Notes: generated from the sequence alone by a model not told the origin. Shown: positions 10,102 through 20,315, numbered from the stretch's first letter. The stretch: 64,000 bases of DNA from Gammaproteobacteria bacterium (GCA_013151045.1 JAADIY010000028.1:8335-72334); one strand, 5' to 3'. Numbers and translations are program-made.

Positions 10102-12737
10102 AACTGTTGCACTCGCTCATTAAGCAATAAATTGGTAATAGGTCGCGCCTGATAAAGTGGACTAACACTTTTTAACTTGGCAATATATTTTTTAATAGCC
10201 TCATCATCATTATTTTTCTGAGCGATACCTAACAGAGCTTCTAAGGTTAATAGGTGATCAGGCTTAATCAATAAAATTTTCTCTAAGCTAGCTTGTTTAA
10301 CTTTTGGCGTAATACCCACACGAGACAAAGATGCCAACATCTTGTCTGCAAGAGTTCCGCTAATCCATTGATCCTTCGGGTTGCCTCTGTAAGCAAATTG
10401 TAGGAAACGCTGCGCTCGGGCCTCATCACCACTTAGTTGAGCCAACCAACTACGCATCGATGCATCGGCAGCAATATAGGCTCGCTCAAAAAGCTCTGCT
10501 TCATTCTTATTCACCTGCAAATGTTGAGCTGCGAGTTCTGCGCTAGGCCTTTGTTTGATTAACCACTCTAGCACTTCTTGAAAATTTATTTCCCCAGCGT
10601 AGCGTACGCGAGGGAGGTGATATTCTATCTGTGGCCGCCATTCATCTTCAATTAATTTGGCGGGGCTTTTAATACGACCAATATAACGACCTAACCAAGT
10701 CCATACACCCTCACCTCCTGTTTGTTTCGCATTAGATTCTAGCACTTTGATATTTTTCAATAGTCGACCAGCATCAACGGTAACACCAGGGCTACCCACC
10801 ATCGCCAACCTAAAACCATCAACAAATAATGCGGCACCAGGGAAGCTATGCTCAAACGTGTTCAATACAATTTGCAAAGCAGTTAAATCAAATTGATTAA
10901 GAGCCAACCATTGCACATAAAGACCATCTTGATTTAAGCGTGATTTAACACGATCAAATTGTTGTTGCGATAACAAACGACTACGACCAACTAAATCGGG
11001 ATGGAATAGATCCCCGACAATGACATCGTAATATTCATTAGAACGCATTAAATAACGGCGCGCGTCATCATTAATAATAGTAATCTTATTACTAATATCT
11101 CTATTGCTTTGAGCAAACCATTTATCAGCAGACTCTATTGCGCCTTTTGATATTTCAACAGCAGTAATATCCACATCAAAGTCTAAGGCTGCTGATGCTG
11201 AAATTCCAGTGCCCAAACCAAGAAACAATACTTTTTCTGCATCGGGGTTTAATAACAAGGGTAAGCGTGCTTGGTTCTTCTGAGCGACAACTGCCGTGGG
11301 CTCAGTTGAAGCGTCCATACGTTGCAGGTCTGATAACAGTAAACGCTGCCCCCGCTGCGTTTCGACAACATGGGTAGTCGCTATTGCATCTTCGTGTAGC
11401 GACAATACAGATTGGCTATTGGCATGAGCGACAGGAAGCAGCTCTGTAACCGTTGGCAGGTCCGGCAAGAAAAAAAGAGTGCTTGCGAGTATGGGTGATA
11501 CTAGCCAAAATAACCTCGCTTTACACCAGCGCATACCGGCAACAAATAAGATGATTGCTGCTATTAATATAGTTAGCGGGGTACCGACTGTAGGCATTAA
11601 TACAAATCCTGCCAACAAAGCACCAAAGCCAGCACCAATGGCATTAACACCGTAGAACCAAGCGCCTGCACTACTGGGGTCTTCATAACCTCGAACGAGT
11701 AAAGGCAACCATGCGCCTAAGCAAAAGGTCACGACAACCGTCACCATAGCTAAAGCAACACCCTGCTTTATTAGCGCGTTGATTAAAGAGCTGTACTCAA
11801 TTGTTTCGGCCCATGCCGATACGGATGCCAAGCTAATCAAAGAAATTATCGCTGCTAACGCTGCCGTGACAGGCAACAGATTCAACCAGAGTCGTCTCGC
11901 CCCCCATTGTGATAAAACACTGCCACATGCTGTGCCGGCCAGGAATATCGCTATTATTATAGCTAGTACATATTCGGTACGAAGTAAGGCCATACCGTAG
12001 AGTCTAGCCCATGCGACTTGTAGCATCAGTGCGGCTGCACCGATCAAGGCATAGCTTAGTAAATCTAAGACAGCCGGTTTTACTGAAAAGTTCCTACTAA
12101 CACTCTGCTTTAGGGGTGATTTTATGGCGATCAAAAAAAATAAAAGGCCTGTTATCGCACCTAATAGTGCAATGGTATATAAACTATTCGCCCAACCTAA
12201 TACTGGCAACAACAATACCGGCACTAACGCACCAAATGCTGCGCCCAAGGTATTGGCCGCATAGAGATGGGAAACCGTAAGCTGTGTGTCTTTTATCGCG
12301 GCAAGAACAAGTGGAAAGCCTAAGCCCATCGCCGTCGCTGGCAATAACATAAAAAATAGTGCCGCAACGAGCTCAATGCTATGCCATGCTGACAACTGGA
12401 TATCACTAGTCGCCGTGATTAAAAATTCTGACCAATATTGATTTATCGAAGGTAGCCCTACAGCATAAAGCGCTACCAATATTTCAATTAAGGCTAGGAC
12501 CATCAAAGGTCTCGCTAGGTGTAATAAATACCGTTTACCAAGAATACTACCTAGGCCTAGACCAAACATGAAAGCGCTAACTGTAATGACGACGCCAAAG
12601 TTACTGACGCCAAACTGTAGACTTAACATGCGCATCCATAGCACTTCGTAGGCTAGTGCTACGAGGCCAGAAATACCGTAGAGGATGAGCAATAGAAAGA
12701 TGAGAGGTGTTTTATCTGACCTTATCATGGTCATCAA
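10098..12737 (-). CDS. fused MFS-type membrane domain / spermidine-synthase-like (SAM-dependent aminopropyltransferase fold) / TPR protein
   Basis: 879 aa; about 12 TM N-terminal; central domain with GLGTGISA and VIVGDLFHPD spermidine-synthase motifs; C-terminal TPR-like repeats. Confidence 0.7.
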   Translation of the reverse strand: MMTMIRSDKTPLIFLLLILYGISGLVALAYEVLWMRMLSLQFGVSNFGVVITVSAFMFGLGLGSILGKRYLLHLARPLMVLALIEILVALYAVGLPSINQYWSEFLITATSDIQLSAWHSIELVAALFFMLLPATAMGLGFPLVLAAIKDTQLTVSHLYAANTLGAAFGALVPVLLLPVLGWANSLYTIALLGAITGLLFFLIAIKSPLKQSVSRNFSVKPAVLDLLSYALIGAAALMLQVAWARLYGMALLRTEYVLAIIIAIFLAGTACGSVLSQWGARRLWLNLLPVTAALAAIISLISLASVSAWAETIEYSSLINALIKQGVALAMVTVVVTFCLGAWLPLLVRGYEDPSSAGAWFYGVNAIGAGFGALLAGFVLMPTVGTPLTILIAAIILFVAGMRWCKARLFWLVSPILASTLFFLPDLPTVTELLPVAHANSQSVLSLHEDAIATTHVVETQRGQRLLLSDLQRMDASTEPTAVVAQKNQARLPLLLNPDAEKVLFLGLGTGISASAALDFDVDITAVEISKGAIESADKWFAQSNRDISNKITIINDDARRYLMRSNEYYDVIVGDLFHPDLVGRSRLLSQQQFDRVKSRLNQDGLYVQWLALNQFDLTALQIVLNTFEHSFPGAALFVDGFRLAMVGSPGVTVDAGRLLKNIKVLESNAKQTGGEGVWTWLGRYIGRIKSPAKLIEDEWRPQIEYHLPRVRYAGEINFQEVLEWLIKQRPSAELAAQHLQVNKNEAELFERAYIAADASMRSWLAQLSGDEARAQRFLQFAYRGNPKDQWISGTLADKMLASLSRVGITPKVKQASLEKILLIKPDHLLTLEALLGIAQKNNDDEAIKKYIAKLKSVSPLYQARPITNLLLNERVQQL

Positions 12738-12743
12738 CCATGC

Positions 12744-13106
12744 CTAAAACGGAAAAAACCAGACTACCGCAGCTACGCCATGAGCTAGCGCTAAAGTAAC
12801 TGTTAAACCCGCACTAATCATATGCCACATAAAAACTTGCTTACCATAAATCGCCATACTGATACCTAATATGGCAGTGGTCAGCACTAACACTAATAAC
12901 GTACTTCCCATAATAAAGAGAATGGTATGCTTTTCTTCTGTACTAATCGCGCGCGGTCCAAGATCAATTTCTTTATCCGTAAATTCAGTGATCACATCCA
13001 TAGCATTATCAGCTGACGCCGCGGTATCCGCTGATGCAAAAACAATATTACTCAACAGCAATGTGACAAGAACAATCGCAACAAGATAATAAGAGCGCAA
13101 TAACAT
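12744..13106 (-). CDS. small membrane protein
   Basis: 120 aa, 3 TM; operon-packed. Confidence 0.4.
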   Translation of the reverse strand: MLLRSYYLVAIVLVTLLLSNIVFASADTAASADNAMDVITEFTDKEIDLGPRAISTEEKHTILFIMGSTLLVLVLTTAILGISMAIYGKQVFMWHMISAGLTVTLALAHGVAAVVWFFPF

Positions 13107-13111
13107 AATAT

Positions 13112-13351
13112 TTATTCTGATTCTGATTCAGCTACTGTTTTATTTTTTTGCTTATAACGCTGCAGCGCAAAATACCAATACAGTATAGCCATGACAACAA
13201 ACGGCGCCAGCACCAAAAAACAAAGGAAAATAAAAATTGCCCACGGCGTTTCTATAGTGACATGAAAAAAACTGTAGCTATCAAGACCCGCTTGTGCGGA
13301 TAACGGCAACAGCAATAAAAGATATACATAAATAGTTCTAAAATAAAACAT
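13112..13351 (-). CDS. small membrane protein
   Basis: 79 aa, 2 TM; start 3 bp from the upstream stop. Confidence 0.4.
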   Translation of the reverse strand: MFYFRTIYVYLLLLLPLSAQAGLDSYSFFHVTIETPWAIFIFLCFLVLAPFVVMAILYWYFALQRYKQKNKTVAESESE

Positions 13352-13353
13352 AA

Positions 13354-14424
13354 CTAACCTTTTTCATCGGCAATATTTTTACTACAACGAAACCCGTAAA
13401 AATCAGACGCATAATGTGGAAAGGAATAATTTCGGTGATAAGCGGACGTTGCAAACGGATCGCTTTTAAATGATCCACCGCGCATCACAACATAAGTTGC
13501 TTCAACTTCAACTAAGTCGACCACTTTCAAAGATTTATCTAATGTTGTTGTCGCTCTACCTACTTTCGGTATAAACAACTCAGCCTGCGCATCAGCACCT
13601 TGATATGCTACAAACTCATCTGCTGTCCATTCACTAACATTACCTGCCATATCATGAACACCATATGGGCTTTTACCCGTCGGATAACGAGTGACATCGG
13701 TTGCCGAACCAACACTATAGTAGGTATTAAGATTGTCAGCGTCCATCAAATTACCCCATGGCCAACGACGACCATCTTCACCCCGTGCAGCTTTTTCCCA
13801 TTCCGCCTCTCGCGGTAAGCGTGCATCGACCCACTGACAATATCCTGCTGCGTCATACCAGGAAACCATGGTAACCGGTGCCAATAAATCCCCCGGCCTC
13901 ATTCGCCCACCACTCCAGTGTAATGGCGGTCTATGTTTAGTATCCGCAACGAAACGCGCATATTCTGCATTAGTTACCGGATACTTTCTAATCTCATAGG
14001 CGTCAGTGCTAGCTCTATGTGCTGGCTTGTCTTGATCATTCGCTAGATGGCGATCAGTGCCCATTATAAACTCGCCTGCTGGAATTTCTATCCAAGCACC
14101 GAGCTCTGACCACATATCGGGGGTTAATAACTCTTCCGCCTGCTCAATACTATAAGTAGTTTGAACAGTTTTTAATGCCTCGTTATGTTGATGCCGAATA
14201 ATATCCTCACCCGCAGCTCGAATTCGAGACTCCATTTCAGAGATATCGTAAGTTGCACTCGCACGCATTTGATCGATACGACTGCCACCTAGCTGGACAA
14301 GATGATAAAACGCGAAAACAATTGCAGCGGCAGCACACGTCACCAGTGTTGCTGCTAAAAAAACCTTTCGCTTCGCGCGCTCCATGCCATCAATTTGAGG
14401 AGTTTGTGTAAACTTTTTGGCCAT
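13354..14424 (-). CDS. FGE-sulfatase family protein (formylglycine-generating-enzyme / SUMF1 / NirV-like), membrane anchored
   Basis: 356 aa; N-terminal TM; FGE motifs (YEIRKYPVTNAEYARF, GYCQWVDARLPREAEWEKAARG, RGGSF, HRNYSFP). Confidence 0.7.
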   Translation of the reverse strand: MAKKFTQTPQIDGMERAKRKVFLAATLVTCAAAAIVFAFYHLVQLGGSRIDQMRASATYDISEMESRIRAAGEDIIRHQHNEALKTVQTTYSIEQAEELLTPDMWSELGAWIEIPAGEFIMGTDRHLANDQDKPAHRASTDAYEIRKYPVTNAEYARFVADTKHRPPLHWSGGRMRPGDLLAPVTMVSWYDAAGYCQWVDARLPREAEWEKAARGEDGRRWPWGNLMDADNLNTYYSVGSATDVTRYPTGKSPYGVHDMAGNVSEWTADEFVAYQGADAQAELFIPKVGRATTTLDKSLKVVDLVEVEATYVVMRGGSFKSDPFATSAYHRNYSFPHYASDFYGFRCSKNIADEKG

Positions 14425-14429
14425 ACAAT

Positions 14430-14903
14430 CTAGCGGCCCAATTTAGACGGTGCTTTTTCGTCCTTGTGACCAGTGTGACGTGGCATACGACCGTAAGTTT
14501 TTTTCACCCACAATTCACCTAGTATTCCACCGACAGCTGATGCTTCAATTGCGACAATAATGATGAAACCCATATAACCTATCGGCAGCAAACGCATATC
14601 TTCTGGCATCACACTTACCCCAGTAGAGGTGCTAAAATATTGAAACAGATAAACCATTAGCGCAGGAAAATAACAAAGAACCTTGCCACCGAGACCATAA
14701 ATTAACGATACGGTAACACCGCCAATAAATGGCGTTAACACCAAACCGATAAATAAACTTGGGTGAAAATAAGAAGTTAAATCTTGAAACAACTCAAGAC
14801 GCACGCCAAACAGCAGATTGAGTGTATACATTACAACTGCACCAGATAAGATCGCAAATAAGGCCCACTTTAGCGCCTCTAGCTTATTGCTGATCTTTAT
14901 CAT
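14430..14903 (-). CDS. polytopic membrane protein, hypothetical
   Basis: 157 aa, 4 TM. Confidence 0.45.
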   Translation of the reverse strand: MIKISNKLEALKWALFAILSGAVVMYTLNLLFGVRLELFQDLTSYFHPSLFIGLVLTPFIGGVTVSLIYGLGGKVLCYFPALMVYLFQYFSTSTGVSVMPEDMRLLPIGYMGFIIIVAIEASAVGGILGELWVKKTYGRMPRHTGHKDEKAPSKLGR

Positions 14904-15393
14904 CTGATTCAGGCCACTTATTACCGGTTAATTTTTTATATTCCAGTTTCTTAAGGTCTTCTAAATACCAATCTTCCACTTTTAGGCTAGCCATATACGC
15001 AGCTAGGGTCCTTCTATCTTCTTCAGGGAGATGCGCGTAAGACGGCATACTCCATTCCGCTTTCAAACGCCCTTTCAATATCTGCTGAGGGTCTTCAGAA
15101 GAAAAATAATCAAATAACCAATCTTCTGACCGTAATGATCCAATTCCATCTAATATTGGAGCCGGAACCGTAGCCATAATATTTTTAATTGTCCAAAGCG
15201 AATGACACTTCTTACAATTTTGTTCTTTGTAAATGACATCACTCGCTATAGTCAGCTCTTTTGTAGCAGTACTATAAAATGGAATCGACTTCTCTTGATC
15301 TGGTGTCTGAGAAAAACCTATATAATTACGCACCATTAGGCCAACTATGAGAAGCCCCATACCACCTAATATCAACTTTTCCCCGGTACGCAT
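14884..15393 (-). CDS. mono-heme c-type cytochrome, membrane anchored
   Basis: 169 aa; N-terminal TM; CKKCH motif. Confidence 0.6.
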   Translation of the reverse strand: MRTGEKLILGGMGLLIVGLMVRNYIGFSQTPDQEKSIPFYSTATKELTIASDVIYKEQNCKKCHSLWTIKNIMATVPAPILDGIGSLRSEDWLFDYFSSEDPQQILKGRLKAEWSMPSYAHLPEEDRRTLAAYMASLKVEDWYLEDLKKLEYKKLTGNKWPESDDKDQQ

Positions 15394-15405
15394 GCAGCTC
15401 TACCC

Positions 15406-15690
15406 TTATGCGCTTTCTTGAGCTTGGCGCGCTTTAGCTTTTTCAGCTAACAACTCTGCACGGCGCGATTCTTGCGCAGCATTAACTTCTTGAAACTTGG
15501 CAAACTCTTCTGGGCTCATTTTATCTTTGTCATTTTCGTCAAAGACCAAGTATTTTATATCTTCATCAAACTGCTCATTCTTATACGCCCAGCGTATACC
15601 GATTATCGCTGCGATAATAATTCCGCCTGCTGCGACCATCCACAAATATATTGTCCAACCATCAGGTAGGGATTGCATAAATTCAGTCAT
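15406..15690 (-). CDS. small single-TM protein with charged C-terminal tail (CcoQ/FixQ-like by architecture only)
   Basis: 94 aa. Confidence 0.35.
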   Translation of the reverse strand: MTEFMQSLPDGWTIYLWMVAAGGIIIAAIIGIRWAYKNEQFDEDIKYLVFDENDKDKMSPEEFAKFQEVNAAQESRRAELLAEKAKARQAQESA

Positions 15691-15699
15691 CGTACTCTC

Positions 15700-16002
15700 C
15701 TAAATAAGCTGTCCAAACAGTAATTGTGCTGCACCATAAATTACCGCACAAATCAGCCCAAAAATCAGCCAAGCAAATAATACCACTTCGCCCTTACGCA
15801 TGCCTTTTTCGCCCTTACGCTTGCCATCTTTATAAGCGTCGCGTGCAAATTTATAAACCACCACTGTAAATAAAATAATAATACCGGCCATCATAAAGAA
15901 AAAGATGCCGATGCTATATTCCTGTGATTTAAGTCCCTCGATGGTGAACTGATCCAGCTCTTCATCTGAGAGAATTATGGCGTTGTTATCGGTATTATTC
16001 AT
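15700..16002 (-). CDS. small 2-TM membrane protein
   Basis: 100 aa. Confidence 0.4.
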   Translation of the reverse strand: MNNTDNNAIILSDEELDQFTIEGLKSQEYSIGIFFFMMAGIIILFTVVVYKFARDAYKDGKRKGEKGMRKGEVVLFAWLIFGLICAVIYGAAQLLFGQLI

Positions 16003-16060
16003 TCTGGTCTACGAACACTAACACAGATATAGACCATGCTAGGTAGGGAAAGGTTTAACA

Positions 16061-16104
16061 TTTTTGAGAAAAAATGCCGCTCAAGAGAGCGGCATTTTAT
16101 TTCC
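16061..16104. terminator. bidirectional rho-independent terminator splitting the cluster into two operons
   Basis: 12-bp perfect stem aaaatgccgctc / gagcggcatttt with loop aaga; A-run on one side and T-run on the other. Confidence 0.55.
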
Positions 16105-16130
16105 ATAAATACGCCGTATGGCGATTTACT

Positions 16131-16247
16131 TCATTGCTTATCTGACTTATCGAAATTATCAATCATAAAGCTGTAAATGTAAGGTGCTACAAATACAACC
16201 AAAATAGGTATAAGCAGTATTAATGGTGGATTATCTAATTCAATCAT
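16131..16247 (-). CDS. small single-TM membrane peptide (38 aa), below ORF-track cutoff
   Basis: MIELDNPPLILLIPILVVFVAPYIYSFMIDNFDKSDKQ; AGGTGA-like RBS; similar to the 6382-6504 peptide; followed by the terminator. Confidence 0.45.
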   Translation of the reverse strand: MIELDNPPLILLIPILVVFVAPYIYSFMIDNFDKSDKQ

Positions 16248-16272
16248 TTTATTTCACCTATATTGGATCAGC

Positions 16273-16917
16273 TTAGTGGCCAATTGAATGGTCTGGTTCC
16301 CAATCTGAAGGGGGCAAACGCTTCACTGTAATCATAACAGCAATACAAAAGTAAATAACGTAGAAAATATCGATGGTATAGCCAATATCCCACGAAGGTT
16401 GAACCCGAATTTTCACACCATCATCACGGTATTCGCCTTCAAAGTTAGCTAACGCTACATCTTTACCAACAATCGTGTAGTAGTCCATATCAGCATTTTC
16501 GCGCTGTAATTCAACAATTTGATCTTTGACAAGACGCAAATCATTCATTGTTAAAGGATGACGATCCTGATGGCCTGCCCAATCAGAGCCTTGAGACTTA
16601 ACTGTGTCAACAATATAAGCCATCTTATCTTCATCGTTATCAAGTGCTGCAACTTCTGGAGTATCCATCAGAGCAATATACTCTTCATAGATAATAGCCA
16701 TAGGGCGTTGACCCCACAAAGGTGCTGTTACCAAAAACGCTGTAATAATTGTCAGCATCAACAACCACACCACTGCCTGTGGCAAGCGATTATTGTCTTC
16801 CATAATGCCACCCAGACTCTCGTGCTCCCAAACATGTCTTGCATGCTCGTTCTGATCGCTGGTTGCTAACGTATATAGTGGTTTATCGTATTTCCAAGCC
16901 ATTTGGCTATCCTCCAA
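16273..16917 (-). CDS. 2-TM membrane protein with acidic periplasmic/cytoplasmic domain, hypothetical (occupies the CcoP position but has no heme motif)
   Basis: 214 aa. Confidence 0.45.
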   Translation of the reverse strand: MEDSQMAWKYDKPLYTLATSDQNEHARHVWEHESLGGIMEDNNRLPQAVVWLLMLTIITAFLVTAPLWGQRPMAIIYEEYIALMDTPEVAALDNDEDKMAYIVDTVKSQGSDWAGHQDRHPLTMNDLRLVKDQIVELQRENADMDYYTIVGKDVALANFEGEYRDDGVKIRVQPSWDIGYTIDIFYVIYFCIAVMITVKRLPPSDWEPDHSIGH

Positions 16918-16928
16918 GGAAAACTAAA

Positions 16929-17877
16929 TTACTTCAAACTCAAGACATAATCCATCAAGTAACGGATTTCGCTGTTAGGCGCATAATCAGGTACCAATGG
17001 TGGATAAAGACTCTTGCCTGCAGCGTACTCTTTATAATCAGCACGCCATTGATCAAAGTCAATCTCGTTACCGTTAGCATCAACTTCGCCCCATAAATAA
17101 TCGAAGCGAGGCATAATTGAATGCGGCTGAACTAATCTTGGATTGAAAAAATGCATCATCATCCATTCTTTCGATGAGTTACGCGAACCAACATGCAATA
17201 AATCAGGAGCCTTACGATCAGAACCAAACGCGGTTGGAGCCTCACCATTAAAATCACCTAGACGCGGCGGCAAACCAAAATATTGCCAATCCTGAGTTTG
17301 CTCAGGAAGCAGCGTATGACACCTCGCAGCCTTCACGTACGAACATCGTTTTACCGCTACCAACGTGACGCTTATCAGTATCCGCGGCTGAGGCTAATAC
17401 TGCCGCAGCAGTCCAATCACGAGTCGCGCTAGCATTTTCAATATAGGGGAAGGTTTCACCTTCGTAATCACCACGCGACACCAAGAATACTGCGCCTTCA
17501 TCTGAAGTCGCAACACCAACTTGACCATCATCAGCACTTAATGCTGCGACCTCAGTACCAAGGATACCCGGATTACGAACCGCACTAGGAAACGGGGTTC
17601 CCGGCACATAGACATAAGCGTCAACCGGATCAATATCAGCACCTGTGACAGGATCTTTCTTGATAGTAACAGTTAAAGGCTTACCTTTCCCTTGTAGGAA
17701 CGGATCCTCGTAGGAAAAACCTGAGTTATGGCCATAAGACAAACCTTTAACCAAACCTGTTTCAGTCACGCCAACACTATAAATAGTTAAGCTAGGCATA
17801 TATAAGGTGATCATCATTGAACCACCTAATGCGATACCAAACATGCGGGTACCAATTTTATACTCTCTAAAAGCCAT
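16929..17877 (-). CDS. CcoO/FixO-like (NorC-like) mono-heme subunit with long N-terminal insertion; frame break inside the heme-binding motif
   Basis: Upstream frame ends ...TMFVREGC EVSYAAS*; the downstream frame continues ARCHTLLPEQ ... APDLLHVGSRNSSKEWMMMHFFNPRLVQPHSIMPRFDYLW, colinear with the CcoO stretches REGCYNCHSQMIRPF and [38 protein letters not shown]. Only 4 nt lie between the two Cys codons. Confidence 0.55.
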
Positions 17878-17938
17878 TCTTCTTTACTCCGCTAAAGGTT
17901 AACGCTATTCGTTTTTTGTTATGAACTACGAATAACGA

Positions 17939-19345
17939 TTAACGTTCGTATGCGATCTCATGTGGCAAACGACCTACTGGCACTGGCGTACCTGCACGTG
18001 CTGTCATCCACATGTTATAGAGCCAAACAACGTTACCAGTAAATACCATCGTACCGCCGACCCAACGAGCAATCATATAAGGATGCTCTGCAATAACCAC
18101 GTCGATATAAGGCACTTCGTAGATCTTCGCCGCACCCTGAATCAAACCAGCAATAGTGATTGAGATCCAGTAGGTTGCAAAACCAATCAATAAGAACCAG
18201 AAGTGGAAATTAGCTAGCGCCAATGAGTACAGCTTACGACGCAAGATCGTTTGTAGGCCGTAGTACACAGCAGCAGCTTCTAGGAAAGTAGAGAAACCTA
18301 GCAAGGCCAAATGAGCATGAGCCACAATCCAACCAGTACCATGTACATACCAGTTAATGGCACGCGTTTGCTGGAAACCACCCTGCATATTTAGCGGGAT
18401 AGCTAACATAACACCCGTAATGGTAAAACGAATTTCGATGTTATCAACAAAGTAATGCCATTTACCGGTCATGGTAAGGAGCAGGTTAGATACAAACGCA
18501 ATCGCTGGCACCAAAATCAACACACCCTCAACAGAGGCGAAAGATTTTAGCCACTCAGGCAATGGTGATGACATCAAATGATGCGCTGCTGGTGTTGAGT
18601 AAAATACAACCACTGACCAGAAATGCAAGTGACCAATACGATGAGAGTACAGTGGATTACCGGTAATCTTCGGCACCGTATAATAGGCAATCGCCGCTGC
18701 CACCGGGGTAATCCACAAGCCAAGAATGTTATGGGCGTGCCACCAGGTCAAATAGGCTTCTGTCAAACCGGTCAGAGAAAAGTACTCCGGCAGGTTACCG
18801 ACCAGCACCACAATCATCAACATGAATATGGCCGAACCAAAAAACCAGTTGGTGGTGTAAATACCCTGCGTCTTACGATGAACGATGGTCATCCAGACAT
18901 TGATCCCCAATGGCAACAGCACTGCGAACAGGATAATCAGATCAATAGGCCATGGAAAGTCAGTGTACTCACGTCCGGAAGTAATACCGGCCCACATCAG
19001 GCACAAGGCAACAGAGAGACCAGCGTTCCAGTTAAAACAGGTCCAGATACCAAGCTTTTCAGACCAAAGTTTGGTATTACCCAAAGCAGGCGTGATGTAC
19101 ATAAAGGCCATGGCAAAGGCCATTGAGATCCAGCCGAAGATAACGGCCATGACGTGAACTTGGCGCATATGACCAAAGGCAAACATATAGCTACCGGTTA
19201 CAAAATCCGGGAAAGCGAGTTTTGCAGCATTAAAAGAACCCAAGGCAGTCCCAATAATAAACCAGATGATGGACGAAAACCCAAAAAAGACAGCCGCTGA
19301 ACCTGCGGGTATATCTTCGTTCTTCGCAAAAAGATACTTGAACAT
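17939..19345 (-). CDS. cbb3-type (C-family) heme-copper oxidase subunit I, CcoN-like, divergent
   Basis: 468 aa, 12 TM; conserved His ligand pattern (FGHMRQVH; WWHAHNILG; PAAHHLM; VAHAHLALLG) matches CcoN, not the NorB HLWVEG pattern. Confidence 0.8.
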   Translation of the reverse strand: MFKYLFAKNEDIPAGSAAVFFGFSSIIWFIIGTALGSFNAAKLAFPDFVTGSYMFAFGHMRQVHVMAVIFGWISMAFAMAFMYITPALGNTKLWSEKLGIWTCFNWNAGLSVALCLMWAGITSGREYTDFPWPIDLIILFAVLLPLGINVWMTIVHRKTQGIYTTNWFFGSAIFMLMIVVLVGNLPEYFSLTGLTEAYLTWWHAHNILGLWITPVAAAIAYYTVPKITGNPLYSHRIGHLHFWSVVVFYSTPAAHHLMSSPLPEWLKSFASVEGVLILVPAIAFVSNLLLTMTGKWHYFVDNIEIRFTITGVMLAIPLNMQGGFQQTRAINWYVHGTGWIVAHAHLALLGFSTFLEAAAVYYGLQTILRRKLYSLALANFHFWFLLIGFATYWISITIAGLIQGAAKIYEVPYIDVVIAEHPYMIARWVGGTMVFTGNVVWLYNMWMTARAGTPVPVGRLPHEIAYER

Positions 19346-19444
19346 GGGAACTGTGCTCCGTTTAAGACGTAAAACTTAATATTAAAATTATAAAATGCTT
19401 TTTTTGAATACGACCACATTACGCAGTCATAACTCGAACCTTTT

Positions 19445-19537
19445 TTAGTGCTTACCCGGCATCATCAGATACCAAGCGAACCACATACTTGAGAAGGCCA
19501 AAACAATACAAAATACAGTTGCGACAATAGTTATCAT
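19445..19537 (-). CDS. tiny membrane peptide (30 aa), possible
   Basis: MITIVATVFCIVLAFSSMWFAWYLMMPGKH with a GAGGGGAG RBS, immediately upstream of the CcoN-like gene. Confidence 0.3.
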   Translation of the reverse strand: MITIVATVFCIVLAFSSMWFAWYLMMPGKH

Positions 19538-19557
19538 CGTTATCTCCCCTCTTTCAT

Positions 19558-19845
19558 TTAGGCTGCTGCGCGAGCTTGAGCTTCTAACGCACCGTGGCGT
19601 GAAGCAGAAACCATCATGATAGCCATGAATGCAACACCAAACACGAGCATACACCACGTCATGAAACCCATAAAGGTAGTGGGGTCATAGACTTGACCAC
19701 CCCAACCGCCCCAATCGTCAAAACGACCGCGGCCCAGCGCACACATCAATGCAGCGCCAAATACGCTACCGTTGCCCATTCCTGTAGTAACACCAGCAAC
19801 CAAGCTCACCCAAAAAGTCTTTGAATATGGCAACAAATTGTCCAT
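19558..19845 (-). CDS. small 2-TM membrane protein
   Basis: 95 aa. Confidence 0.4.
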   Translation of the reverse strand: MDNLLPYSKTFWVSLVAGVTTGMGNGSVFGAALMCALGRGRFDDWGGWGGQVYDPTTFMGFMTWCMLVFGVAFMAIMMVSASRHGALEAQARAAA

Positions 19846-20077
19846 ACAAGCTCCTCATTATGCGCACCTTAAGCAGCAGGGCCGCGTAGCGCGATCTAAT
19901 ATTAAATTACAAGCAGCGGACACTGAAACAGCCCGCCTCGCAAAAAAGTCGGGGAATATTCACATAATGGCCGTTTTGAGTCAAGCCCTGAAAACACTTG
20001 AACAGCAAATGAATAAAGTGTTTTGTTACAAAAAAATCGTTTAAAATACAGCTAATTCAATTAATTAGTGACCGACA

Positions 20078-20299
20078 ATGTCTTATCAAACCTGGATATC
20101 ACGAAAAGAAATTTTTATCTACCTTATCGCTATTTTCACCGGCTTATTCATCTGCGGATATTCGATTCACATGCTGATAGGTGGGCTAGTAAGCGGAACG
20201 ACAGAGCGCATCATCATCGGCGCTGTATGCAGCCTAATGTTTATCGTTATTGGACTTATGGCCTATGACGTTAAGAAACAGCGCCAAGAACAGGCCTGA
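20078..20299 (+). CDS. small 2-TM membrane protein, possible
   Basis: 73 aa; the only plus-strand ORF inside the minus-strand cluster. Confidence 0.3.
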   Translation: MSYQTWISRKEIFIYLIAIFTGLFICGYSIHMLIGGLVSGTTERIIIGAVCSLMFIVIGLMAYDVKKQRQEQA

Positions 20300-20315
20300 G
20301 ATACCCTAGAAACGA

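Noticed and set aside
19772-20044. 90-aa plus-strand ORF between cluster genes
   Set aside because: It overlaps the 3' end of the minus-strand 95-aa gene and extends into intergenic DNA with no RBS; probably spurious.
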